NCBI GenBank assembly: GCA_004431415.1
Contig: QPMI01000416.1
Span: forward strand, 124,001-188,000
Reading direction: 5' to 3'
Length of the DNA: 64,000 nucleotides
DNA from: Cyanophora paradoxa CCMP329
Taxonomy: Eukaryota > Plantae > Glaucophyta
In this document: positions 37,020-48,478 of the stretch, one piece after another
How positions within the stretch are numbered: the stretch's first letter is position 1
Layout: the number at the start of each line of letters is the position of its first letter
Made by a program: the position numbers and the translations under genes
The notes under the pieces: model-generated
What the model saw: only the letters and a program-made list of their open reading frames with translations
The model's database searches: none
Told to the model about the DNA's origin: nothing

Positions 37020-38019
37020 TCATGAGCGGCCTCGAGCTTTGATTACGTGTATACGCAAAGCTCGAGTTAAAATACTTTTCGCATGTATGTTGCCAGGTTG
37101 CTGGTACTAGTGCAATTGCTGTGTATCTAGTGTAATTGCGTCCGCTGGATTTCTCATAGCGCTATCACTAGTTGACTTTCGTACTATGTTTAAATTTGCC
37201 GAGTCGATTTCTGCCCGCGCCGGCCCTGTAAGGCTCTCTGCTAGTCATTTCGATTTCGATTGATCAATTAAAATATGCCATGCATATCCGTTGCCATGAC
37301 GATTCAAGACCTATAGCCGCTGAGCTATAGCTATATAGCTAGATCTAGAGTCGTGATGTCGATATCCCGTGAGTGGGTCATCCGATATAATATATACATC
37401 CCGATATCTGTTCGCTCTCTTTCAAAAAAAAACGCAAATCTGAATAAATAATCATATATAAATGAAGTACTAGTCTTAATCCGGGTCGGGATCCGATCCT
37501 GCATGGGTCCGACAGTCCGTCTTCTCCCTCTAGCTGGCCTATATATAGCTAGGCCTGTGCAGCAGCGTGGATGCGCTGGCTCGCGATCGAGCTCCGTCCC
37601 CGAATCAGCCTCTCACCGCAGCCGTCGGCCCCGGCGCGGCGCCAGCCCGCGCCGGGGCTCTCCCGCCGGCCGTGTACGCGCGCCTCGCCAGCCCCGCCGG
37701 CGCCACAGGTTCCCGAAACCTGCGGGCGGGCGGGCGGGCGGGAAGCAAAGCTCATCCGCCCGCTCGAGTACGTATATTACTGAAAGCGAAGCTCATCGAT
37801 ATCCGGATCCGTCCGCTAAATTACTCCGATCACGGCGATCCGCTATCATCGGCGGGCGGCGATCACGCGCAGGTGCACGGGTGTCCGTCAGACGAGCCAC
37901 TTATTTATTAGAAAAGAGCGGGGGAAGCGAAGCTCAGATCCGTCCGCTAGAGTACTCCGGATCCTATGCGATTGCATGCCTGCTGGGCGGTGCGCACGGT
38001 CCCGGGTCGTCTCTGTAGT

Positions 38020-39186
38020 AGTAATGCACGGCATGCTCCACCGCCCGCGCCGCCCGCGCCCGGCCCCGCGCGGCCGCCGGCTCCCGAGCCTGGGCGAAAG
38101 CTGAGAGAGAAGGGGGGGGAGGGAGCAGGAGGGGGGTACGGCGCGCGCCTCGAGGGCAGCCCGGTGCTCCTCCAGCGCTTCAAGGGCAGCCGCCAGCCTC
38201 CGCGCGCCGAGCCCCGTCCGCGAGGGGTGTACCCCGTACCTGGGGGGGGGGGGGGGGGAGATGGGGATCGAAACCCGCCGCTTGGGGTATATCTAGGGGA
38301 TGGTGGTACCGGCTTTGCAGGTCGGCCTGCAGGATCCTTCGCTGACGGAACGCCTCCTCCTTCAGGGCCGACAGGGGGTACGAAAACTGCGCGCGGGGAG
38401 TACCGTTAATCTGCGATGTCCGGGACGCCGGGGGTACGCGGCCTTGCTGGGGTAGGGGCAGACCTGTGTGCGGATGTACGCCTTGCCATCGAACGGCGTG
38501 TCTGGGCGGGGAGTACGTAAGCTATGGGGCGGGGTGGGGTGGGGGGGAGGAGGAGGGGGGAGGGGGCACATTTCAGCTTCGACTCGTCGCGTGGGGGTAC
38601 GTGAAGAAGCCAGTCGGCGCGCTGCGCGGTGGGCGGCCACGTCAAGAGCGGAAGGGGGGTAGACCCTACGAAAGAGTGCGGTCGAACCTTCTTTCCCTGC
38701 GGAGGCGGCTGCGGGTCCACGAGGGGTACAGGTTCCTCGTCGAGCTCCTCGGACTCCTCGGACGACGCTGTACCCCCGCCAACCGGCTCCTGAAGCTGCA
38801 GGGGGTTTGCACGATCAAAGGCCCCGAGGTTCTCTCGAACGGGGGAACGGACCGGGGGAGGGGTAGGGGAGATGGACGCCGGGACGGCGGAGGACGGGGC
38901 GGGGGAGGGACAGAAGAGCCCCAGGAGGGCGGGGGGTACAGCCCCTCCTCCGGTCTCCTCCTCCTCCTGCGCCGTGGCCGCGGCGGCCGCCGCCGCCGCC
39001 TGCGGAGGGGGTACGTCAATCGAGGGCCGATCATCCGATCTTCGGGACGGGAACGCCGTACCCGCCGCCGCAGCTGCTCGTCGACCTCCTCCAGTACCCG
39101 TCTCCGCTCTGCCTCCCTCGCGGCCGCCTCCTCCGCGTCCTCTTCGGCCTTCTTCCTCCTCCTCCTCTCCTCTTTGGCCTTCGCCT

Positions 39187-39220
<34 letters not shown>

Positions 39221-40317
39221 TTCAGCCGACGCCTTCTCCTCCTCCTCCTCTCTCCTGCGCCTTCGCTCCTCCTCCGCCGCCTCCGCCGCCGCCTCTTCCT
39301 CCGCCTGCTCCTGAGCCTCCCGCCTCGCTCTCTCCGCCGCCTCTTCTCGCTCCCTCCGCCTCTGCTCCGAAGCGGCCGCCGCCTCCGCCTCCGCTTCCCG
39401 CCTGAGCCTCTCCTCCCCCTCCTCCTCCTCCTCCTCCTGCGCCCGTGCGTCTTCCCGCGTGAGCCGTACCCCCCGCCCGCCCACGGCGCCCCGCGGCACG
39501 GCGTGCGCGGCGCGCGGCGCGCACCTCCCCTCCAGTCGCGTCTCCCGGCCCGGCCCCCGCCTCCTCCGCAGGCTCTTCCTCTTCCTCCTCTTCCTCGACC
39601 GTGTCGATGTCCGACGGCCTGCGCAGGCAGCCGAACTGAGTCGCGTCGGGCCCGCCTCGCGGGGCCATCCAGCCAGCCAGCCAGGCAGCCAGACAGCCAG
39701 CCAGGCAGCCAGACAGCAGATCAGCCAGCGAGGCTCGCCTGCGGATCCCGGCCACGGCGCGCAGCTCCTCCTGCGCCCTCTGGATGCCGAGCTCCGCTGC
39801 CCGCTGCGCCTGCGCGTCCGCGGCGGCGGCGGCGGGGCGGAGAACGCTCAAGCGGAGAGCGCCGAGCGGTCTGGGCGCGGTTAGACCGCCTACCTCCGCC
39901 TCCGTCTCTTCAAGCTGGCGCACCCGCTCGGCCCGCGCCTCGGCGCGCCGCCTGAGCTCCTCGTCCAGCTCCCGCTCCTCCTGCTCCAGTCGCTCCTCGT
40001 ACTCTTCCAGCGCCGCGCGCCGCCGCTCGAGACGCTCTTCCAGCCGCGCCTTCGCCTCCTCGATCAGCGCTCGCTGCGCGCCGGCCGGGCGAGGTCGAGT
40101 CGGTCAGCTCGCGGGCTCGATCGATCCCACTGGCTGCAGCTGCGGCACCTCGAGCGCCGCGGCCTCTGTCTCCACGCGCGCCTCGATCTCTTTCCGCATG
40201 GCCGCTGCCGGATCCTGTCGCGTACGCGTGCGGCGTCGGCTCGAGCAGCTCGGCGCGGCCGCCGGGCCGGAACGTGTACAGCATGCGCAACGCACTAGTA
40301 CTGGGACCTTCACCATG
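38020..40317 (-). CDS. hypothetical E/R/A-rich coiled-coil protein
   Basis: Long E/R/A-rich exons at 39060-40080 and several small downstream exons with GTACCC donors. Both ends are approximate. Confidence 0.55.
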
Positions 40318-40588
40318 CCACCGACGATCTCGTACGAGCGCCCCGGAGGAATGCCTGGCGGTCGCATCCACAGCCTCTCTGCACCCTGGACTCAGCTGGG
40401 AGCAAGGGCCCGGGGCGGCCCGCCTCTAGCCGTTGTGCCAGCTTGGAAGCTAGCCGGTTCAGCCGGACGAGCTAGAATCCGCACCCGCCGTGAGCAGATA
40501 GCCGACGCGCACAGCCGCCTCGCCCATTGTCTGCGAGGAGCGCCAGGCAGCACTTTGATGCTTGCCCGGCCGGGTACGCAAAAATCTG

Positions 40589-41709
40589 ATGCAGGCGGTG
40601 CTGGGCTTCGTGCGGAAGGCGGGCCGGCCGTGCGCATACGAGGAAATCGAGACGTGCGGACTCCCGGAAGATGCAGACCTCGCAGCGATCCTGCAGGGCC
40701 TGGTCAAGAGCGGCAGCCTGTGCGTCGCCGAGCTCTCGCGGCGCCTCCGAGCGCTCTCACACTGCTCTGCAGTCAAGTGGAGATCTTGGGGCCTCATCGC
40801 GGGCGCCACACACACGTCTACTGGCTGCCGCTCCCCGATTCAAAGCGCACGTCCGCGGGCGAGCTTGAGGCAGCGGCGCCACCGCCACCTGGCGAGCATC
40901 TAGAATCTAACGCGTGCGTTTCTTGCCTCCGCGCGCCATCCTGAGACGCCGCGAATCGAGTCAAGCGGCGCATGCGCATGCATATGCGCAGGCCTAGGAG
41001 CGCGGCCGCCGGTGAGCCGGAGACGCCAGCGCGGGCATTAGCGGCACCATCCAGGAAGCGCTCTTCTTCCGCATCTCCTGTCGTCACGGATGCCGCTGCA
41101 CCCGAAGTGCGCTTGCAATTCCGGGCGACCCGGCCCAGCCGTGTTCATGTTCATTTCGGCCCACACGGCGCGCAGGCGGCCGCTTCGTCTTCAGTAGCGC
41201 CGGCGGAGGTGAAGGACTCCGCGGAAGACTTGAAGAAAGAGATTGCAGACCTCGACGCGGAGATCGCGAAGTGGGAGGAGCGGTGAGCGCGAGATCTGCC
41301 TTGGATTTCAAATTCCGACCATCCTGAGAGCGCGCCGGGCTCGGCATGCGCAGGGACCGGGAAATCAACAGGCACATCGACCGCCTGCACAGGTGCGCAT
41401 TTGCGTGCGGCGAGAAGCGAGCGATGCTCGCGAGTACGTAAATTAAAGGCCGCCTCATGCTCATCGCAGGTACAACGACATCAAGGACGCGGGGCAGAAG
41501 ATGCTGGGAAGGCTCGGTGCGCCCTCCCCGGCCCGGCCCCTCGCATGCGCGCTAGACCTCCGCGGCTCCTAGGCCTCAACCTGATCTAATCTAATCGATA
41601 TCTGATTGCGAACGCGTACGCTCGCCTCGCCGCGCCGCGCGCAGCCGAGATCCACGGGACGACAACGAAGGAGATGTACAAGCAGTTCGACGTCCCGCTC
41701 GCCCTCTAG
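40589..41709 (+). CDS. SWI5: DNA repair protein Swi5/Sae3 homologue with extra N-terminal winged-helix-like domain
   Basis: C-terminal exons splice to EINRHIDRLH|RYNDIKDAGQKMLGRL|AEIHGTTTKEMYKQFDV, the Swi5 signature (HIxxLHxYNxIKDxGQxLxGxLA). The start is approximate. Confidence 0.88.
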
Positions 41710-42099
41710 CTATAGGCGGCCGCGCACGGCGGGCGGCATACGCGCGCGCGCGCGTCCCGGCCCAATACGTATACGAGTCTCCCTAGGCCTCTAGCTATAG
41801 ATCTGTATACGTATACGTACAGGAGCGCTAGCTCATAGCGAGTCTAACACTGACAGTCTATGGGCAGCAGTCAAGTCTGTGTTATCGTCGCGTTTGAACT
41901 TTGGGAAGTCTGAAGCCAGCGCTAGCTTATATAATTAAGCGCTAGCGCTTGCTGGCCCGGCACCGGCGCTGGCCGTGCACGGCCCGGGTACGCATGCACA
42001 GGTAGTGGCCCGGGACGGCCGGTTAGCCGAGCGGCCGCGGGCGCCGGCGGGCTCACGATTCCACTCGGTTGGCCTCGAGGCAACCCAAACGTTAACCAA

Positions 42100-45000
42100 T
42101 ATGGAGGCAGAGCTCGCCGAGTGCCGTGCTGCGCTGAACAAGGCGAACGCCGTGCGCTGCCCATACGCCATGGCAGTCCGATCGCCGAGTCGGTTCTCAA
42201 CGCGTTCAATGCCTAGCTGATCCGAGACTTTGCAGAAGCTTGCGGCGGCCCGGGACGCGCAGACGACCCTTGTGCACGAGCGTGACCGAGCGGTCGAGGA
42301 GCGGGACGCGGCCTTCGGGCGAGAAGTGCAGGCAAGCGCTCTGCGCGCGCGCGCGCGCGCGCTAAGCTGAAGCCGTTCCGACCGCGCACGCCACTTTGAC
42401 AGGAGCGGACGAAAGCGTCGCAGCTCGAGACGGCGCTCTTCAACATGCAGTCAATGTTCCAGCGCGATCGAAACGAGCTCCTCGCGGCAAAGGACGACCT
42501 GCAGAATCGCATAGCGGCCGACGCGACGCGCAGACCGTTGAAGAGGTAATTTGCGCCCTGCGGCCGCGGCCGCTTAACTTCGGGCGCCCCGGCCCACGCT
42601 CAAGGCTCTCAGGCGCGCGTCGCAGCGAAGCGGGGCGAAGAGAGGGCGCTATCGCGGGACCAGCAAGTTCGCCCGCCTGCAGCTGGCGCTCGAAGTCTAG
42701 ATTCGATATCGCGATCGATCCAGATTTGATCCGTGCGTGCGTGCGCAGGTTCGGAAGCTGGAGGAGGCAGTCGCCGAGCGCCAGGTTCATGCGTACACCC
42801 TGGAAGCCCGCATTGCGGCGGCGGAGAAGCGCGCCGCCGCCGCCGAGGCCGAGGCCGCGCAGTTCAAAGCGAATTCGAAGGCGCGCCCTCTTCTTTCGAA
42901 TTCGAATTCAAGCTTTCCGCTGACGATAAGCCGCGCCTCTTTGCGCCTCACAGATCGCATCTTACTTTGAATTGGAAGAGGAAAGAAAGGAAGAGCTAGA
43001 GCGGGTTCGAATCCGCCGCGCCCCCGCCGTGCCCCGCGCCCGTGTGCCCTGATCATATGAGCCGGCGGAGCGCAGGCTCGGGAAGCGAAGGAGGAGGCGG
43101 AGGGCGAGCTCTCCTACGCTCAGTGCGCTCTATATACAGCTTAGAGCTCAGATCAAATCTGGATCAAATCTGAATCAAGCATCCGGCCCCGCAGGTCCCG
43201 ACTCCAGGAGCTCGAGCGCCGGGCCCGCATCGCGGAGCGCGCCAGCGCTGTAGCTGCGGCGCCCGTCGGCGCCCCGCGCGAGAGGCGTCCCGGCGTTCCC
43301 CCGACCGGGGGTGAGAGCGAGGGCAAGGGCAAGCCCGATGATGAGGCACAGGTCCAGGCGCGTGCCTGCGCCCGCGCCCCGCCTGCTCACCTGAAGTCTT
43401 AGTCACCTGAGCCTCCCTCCCTCCTGCAGGCCGCTTCGCTTCGCGAGGACAAAGTGCGTCGATGAGATCGAATCCTGCTGCTTCTTTAGCAGTGAATCAA
43501 AGCCGGAGTCTCTATCCGATCCAGATCAATTCTGATCAATTTGATCCGCAGGCCGCTCTGCTCCGGCTCGCTATCTCCCGCCTCGGGCGCAAGCCCAAGG
43601 CGCCGCTCCGCCTCTTTGTGCGCCGAACATATGATCTTGGTTCCTTAGATCCTACAATGAGAACATATCTTTAGAATAGATAGAGTAATTAGATCTGGAC
43701 TCTGGCTCTAGTCCTAGGCCGGCGCCTCTGCCCTTGGCCCGAGCCCTCCCCGTCCCTTGAGCTTTTCCTCAGGTCCAGCGCGGCTGCGTCTTCGAGAGCG
43801 CGCTGGCCGCCTTCTCTGATGCCCGCCCCGGCGACCGCCGCCAGTTCGCGCGGCCCTTCGAGCAGTGCGTGGCGCCGCCGTTAAAGCTGTACCCCTCCGC
43901 AGCGCTGACGCCGTACCCCGCAGCGCCCTTTCCGTTAGGTTCGAAGGGGAGGTGGGGGTGGACCAGGGGGGACCCTCCCGCGAGTTCATCCGCCTGGTAC
44001 CCTCCCTTCTCGCCCCCCCCCCCCGGTGTTCCAGAGCTAAGCGAGGGGGGTACCAGTTTTTCGAGGAGGCCCTGCGAATGGACCGGTCCCTGCCTCTCTT
44101 TGAATCGCCGCGGACGAGGCGCCCGGGGTACTCCCCGCTCCTCTGGACGAGGAAGAGGAGGGGTACGAGGAGGGCGGGGTGGAGGGGGGTACGGAGGAGA
44201 ATGGACGGCCGGCGAAGCGCGCGCGGGCGAATCCGGAGGGCGCCGTCGGCCCCTCGCGCCCCCTCGCCCTCCGCCTCGTCGGTTGCATACAGGCCCGGGG
44301 TGCGCGGGGCTCCGACCAGGGCGTGCTTCTCGCTAGCTGACTCATCCTTACCCCCCCCCCCCCCCCCCCCCCAGCCCTCGCGGCGCACATCCTGTCACCT
44401 GACGAGGCCGACCCCCTCCCGGCGCCCCTCGCGCCCCTCGTACCCCTCCTCGCCCGCCGCGAGCCCGCATCGGGGCCCGCGTCCTCCTGGTGCTTGTACC
44501 CCCCACCTATCCGCCCCTTACCCTGAGGCTCTACCCCCTCCGTCCCTCCCAGGTCGGCCTCGCGGAGCCTGGAGGCCTGGGCCCCCTTTCTCGACCCGGT
44601 ACCCCCCTCAGCCGCCCCCTGCCCTTGTTGTTCCGACGTCGTACCCCCAGGCCGTGCTGCGGTGCCTACGCGGGGCTCTGGCGGAGAGCTCGAGTCTCTC
44701 GGACCTTTGTTTGAGGTCTGTACCCCCCCACTTTCGCCCCCTTCCAATCGAATTCCCGACACGCCGTCCAATCCCAGCATGGGCCCTTTCCTGTCGGGCC
44801 ACCCCATGTACCCGGATCCGGACTCCCCCGAACTCGTGGTTTGCCGTACCCTCCCTTCTAGGTCTCCTCCCCTCTCTCAATGACCCTTTCCCCCAGCTAT
44901 CGAGCGAGAACGCGGATCGGCTCATCACTGAAGCCGCCCAGTGGCGCTGCGTGGGCCCCCGCCGCTCGGCCCTCGAAGCCGTCCGCTTTGGATTCCGCGA

Positions 45001-46871
45001 GGCGCGTCCGATGATTTCACGTCCCCGCTCCCCCCCCCCCCCCCTTCCGCCCCCTCCGCCCCCAACCGCTCGGGACGCCGACCCCCCGCATGAAATCAGA
45101 CCCTACCCCTGGAAGCCGAGCTCGCTCTCTTCCCCCCCGACGAGCTCGCCGCGATCGCCGGGGCGGCCCCGCGGTCCCCCGCCGCCCTCCTCGCCTCGGT
45201 GCGCATTATGCGTACCCCTCCTAGGCCTTCCGAGAGAGAGATTTAGCCCGTACCCCTCCGACATCGATGCGCCGTACCCCAGCTCGAGTTCTTCGGCTGG
45301 GAGGGCATGCAGCAGGTACCCCCGACGGCGCAGATCTAGACACCCGGGGCGGGAAGGGCGGGCGCAGAGGGGGGTACGTATACGTGCGCACGCGCAGGAC
45401 CGCGAGGAGCTGGAATCCGCCCTTCGGGAGGCGCTGGAGGGGGGCGCGGTCGACCCCACTTCGCTCGCAGTGTACGCCTCCGGTGCGCCCCCTCCTCCCT
45501 CCCCCCCCCCCCCCCTCGTACCCCTCTCACTCTGCCAGGCCGCGGGTCGGGGCCCCTCGGGGGAAACACGCGCGGCGTCGCCTTGTGAGCCATTGCTCTA
45601 CCCCGGACGTGCCTTTCGTTGCGATTTGGCCTCACGTCCACCCGCAGCAAGATCCTGGTCAGGCCGAGCCTGCTGCAGGGCCAGGGCCGGCGCCAGGGCC
45701 CAGGGGATCCGGAGGGCGCCGGCGGGCACGCCCGGCGCCTGGCCCGCATGCCGGGGGCCCGCCCCTACGCCGCCACATGCACCAGCACCGTGCGCCTTGA
45801 GTTTCCTAAGAAACCGTCTAGTTTGTCAAGGCTTCAAATCCCTAGCCTTAATTATTGTTTTTTTGGAAAAGCCCAACCGGGCAATATTCGTATTAATATC
45901 AACAACCGCCGCCCCGTCGTTGTCATCGACATGGGGGGGCACCTAGGCTAGCTCTAAGGCTCTGCGGCATAGAGGGAAGACGTCCTGCTATCGTATCCTA
46001 GCTGTGAGCTATCGATCTGCGGCTTTAGGAGGGCCTGATGCGTTGGTGTCCTTGGTCCTGTGGAAAAGGAGGGGAGGGGAGGGGGAGGGGGAGGTCGGCA
46101 GGGGGCGAGGCGTAGGGAGGGGGAGAAGGGCAGGGAGTGGGGTACACGGAGCCCCGGAGGGTGGCAGGAGTGAGGCGCTGGAATCGGGAGGCTGGGGGGC
46201 GGGCGGGAAGGGTGACGGGCCGGGAGCGGGGCAAGGCGCTGGAGCCGGAGGGTGGGGCTGGGCGCTGGAGCAGGAGGGCGGGGCGGGGCGCTGGAGCCGG
46301 AGGGCGGGGCGGGGCGTTGAAGCCGGAGGGTGGGGCGGGGCGCTGGAGCCGGGGGGCAGGGGCCGGGCGCTGGAGCAGGAGGGCGGGGCGGGGCGCTGGA
46401 GCCGGAGGGCGAGGGCGGGGCGCTGGGGCGGGAGGGCGGGGACGGGGCGCTGGAGCTGGGGGGCGGGGGCAGGGCGCGGGAGCCGAAGGGCGGGGGCGGG
46501 GCACTGGAGCCGGAGGGCGGGGGCCGGGCGCTGGAGCTGGAGGGCGGGGGCGGGGCGCTGGAGCCGGAGGGCGGGGGCGGGGCGCTGGAGCCGGATGGCG
46601 AGGGCGGGGCGCTGGGGCGGGAGGGCGGGGGCGGGGCGCTGGAGCTGGGGGGCGGGGGCGGGGCGCGGGAGCCGGAGGGCGGGGGCGGGGCCCTAGCCTT
46701 AATTATATAACTTCTGTTAAGGCCTGAAGTTCTCGGTCTAAAGTCAAGGCATGCCAGGCGTATCTCCCGGGGCCCCCTGCCGGGCCCGGCCCGTGGCGCG
46801 GGCGCGCCGGCGCCCTCGCCGAGTGCCTCAGGGAAACCCTCGCGGCCCCCGCCGCCTTCGACTCCCGCTGA
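42100..46871 (+). CDS. coiled-coil + HECT-domain E3 ubiquitin ligase
   Basis: N-terminal coiled-coil exons; LRLF|VQRGCVFESAL; FEGEVGVDQGGPSREF; LEAVRFGF; catalytic PYAATCTST|AYLP across intron 45790-46757; C-terminus LAECLRETLAAPAAFDSR* with the conserved -4 Phe. Confidence 0.82.
45856..46690 (-). mobile_element. 835-bp insertion with 16-bp TSD in last HECT intron (retroposon-like)
   Basis: CCCTAGCCTTAATTAT at 45840-45855 and 46691-46706 flanks the insert. A short T run adjoins the left copy (A-rich tail on the minus strand). Confidence 0.6.
46230..46690. repeat. G-rich ~27-bp minisatellite
   Basis: Tandem GGCGGGGGCGGGGCGCTGGAGCCGGAG-like units with variants. Confidence 0.92.
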
Positions 46872-46963
46872 AGTGTCGTTGCAAACCATACTACTGCTAC
46901 TACGAATCCAGCGCAGACTAGCTAGCCAGCCGGCTGGCTGGCTGGCTGCAGCTAGCTAGCTAG

Positions 46964-48158
46964 CTAGCGCCAGGCGCCCGCGCCGCGGCCGCCCGAGCGG
47001 GAGGACGGCTTCGGGCGCGGCGGGTTCCTCCGCCGCTCCTCCGCGTCCGCCTGCGCCTGAAGCGGGCGTTGGGGCCGGCCGGGGGGCTACAGCGGCTTCG
47101 TGTTTTAGGGGGGTACGTCTTCGCCGCACCTGCCGGGCCTGCTTGACGCTCTGGCTTCCCTCGGGCAGGAGGATCCGCGGCTGCGGGCGAACGAAGTTAA
47201 CGAAGCGAACGAAGTTAACGTCTATCTAGGAATCTCTCATCACACTAGAATCTGGACGGCCCCCAGCCGCCCGGCGCCGGCCGGCCGGGCTGCATCTTCT
47301 GGGCGCACCCGATCGTCGTTCCGGCGGTAGAGCAGCGCCGTGGCTCCAATCAGCTGCGCCAGCTCCGCCCCGCACTGCCGGCGCCGCGCCGCGTCGGTAT
47401 TGGTGGATGGGGGAAGGGGGCGTGGAGGGGGGGTGGGGGGGTGGAGGAAAGATGGGGGTACGGCACCTGCTCAGCAATGGCTACGCCGGCCTCGTCCGCC
47501 GTGAGCTCGCAGGAGCCGCCCACCTTCACCTTCAAGATCTCGTTCTTCTGCGGGGGGTACGGCGTCGGTCTCGGGGGGGAGGAGGGGGGTAGAAACGGTT
47601 CGCGGGGGTACACGGACCTTTAGGATGCCCTCCGCCTGCTCGAAGACCGCGTCCGTGAGGCCGAGCTTCCCGATCTGGGTACGGCGTCAGTCGAAGACAT
47701 GCGGAAGGGTGATGGGGGGCGGGAGGAGGGGCGGGTGCGGATCGAGGGATACGGGTGCAGGGGCCGGTGCGGGAGGCTATAGCTAGTTGGCGGCTCGGGC
47801 TTCTCGCTCCGCGGCGCAAGCGCACCTGCAGCACCGGACAGTCGCGACCCATCCTCGCTTGCGCCAAGATCGTGAGACCAGGAGTCTGCCAAGTCGCGCT
47901 CGCGCTCGCCGCCCGCCAGAAGGAGCGCGCTGATCCGAAGAAGGCCGCGCGCCCTCCCGCTGCACCGCAGAAGGAAACAGCGATTCTACGGTGCGTACGT
48001 GCGATCGCCGGGGTTGCTATAGCTGCGGCAAGCCCGCAGCTCGCTTGGCTGGAAAAGATCTCGCTCGGGAGCGACGCAGCGCCGCCTAGAGTTCGTGCAG
48101 CCGACGCGGCTGCGGCGGCTGCCAACGAGCAGGCGAAGAGTGCGTGCTGGGCAGACAT
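46964..48158 (-). CDS. CRS1/YhbY (CRM) domain RNA-binding protein, probable organelle-targeted
   Basis: CPVLQ|IGKLGLTDAVFEQAEGILK|KNEILKVKV...AIAEQ|CGAELAQLIGATALLYR matches YhbY/CRM. The Ala/Ser-rich, acid-poor N-terminus is transit-peptide-like. Confidence 0.85.
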
Positions 48159-48478
48159 CGCCTGTCAAACTGACGGGTACGCGAAACTTTTTGCCGACTA
48201 GCCGACTCGTTCACCTGGGCGTCTGCGGCCGCAAACTCGCGTCGCAGCCGCGATCTTGACGCAGCGCGCGGAATTTTGGCCGACGCGGCGGGCTGACCGC
48301 TCGACCGCGCGGCGACCTAGAAGGCGAGCGGGAGCGCTGCTGCGTCGTAAAGGCGGCCAGCTTCGGATCGGCGCAGATCATCTCGAGCGACAGGGCCTGC
48401 AGAGCGCTTGTGCGTGGTGCCCGAGCTCGAGCGCCGCGCATTCGCCGGGCCAGCGAACGCGCCCCGCAGGCTGTTGCG

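Noticed and set aside
43865-45946. 693-aa ORF, the longest in the window
   Set aside because: Read-through of GC-rich introns; only short blocks are in the true HECT frame.
45954-46889. 311-aa extensin-like ORF (SSAPPPP repeats) on the minus strand
   Set aside because: It is open only because the 27-bp minisatellite has no stops. It lies antisense within the last HECT intron/exon.
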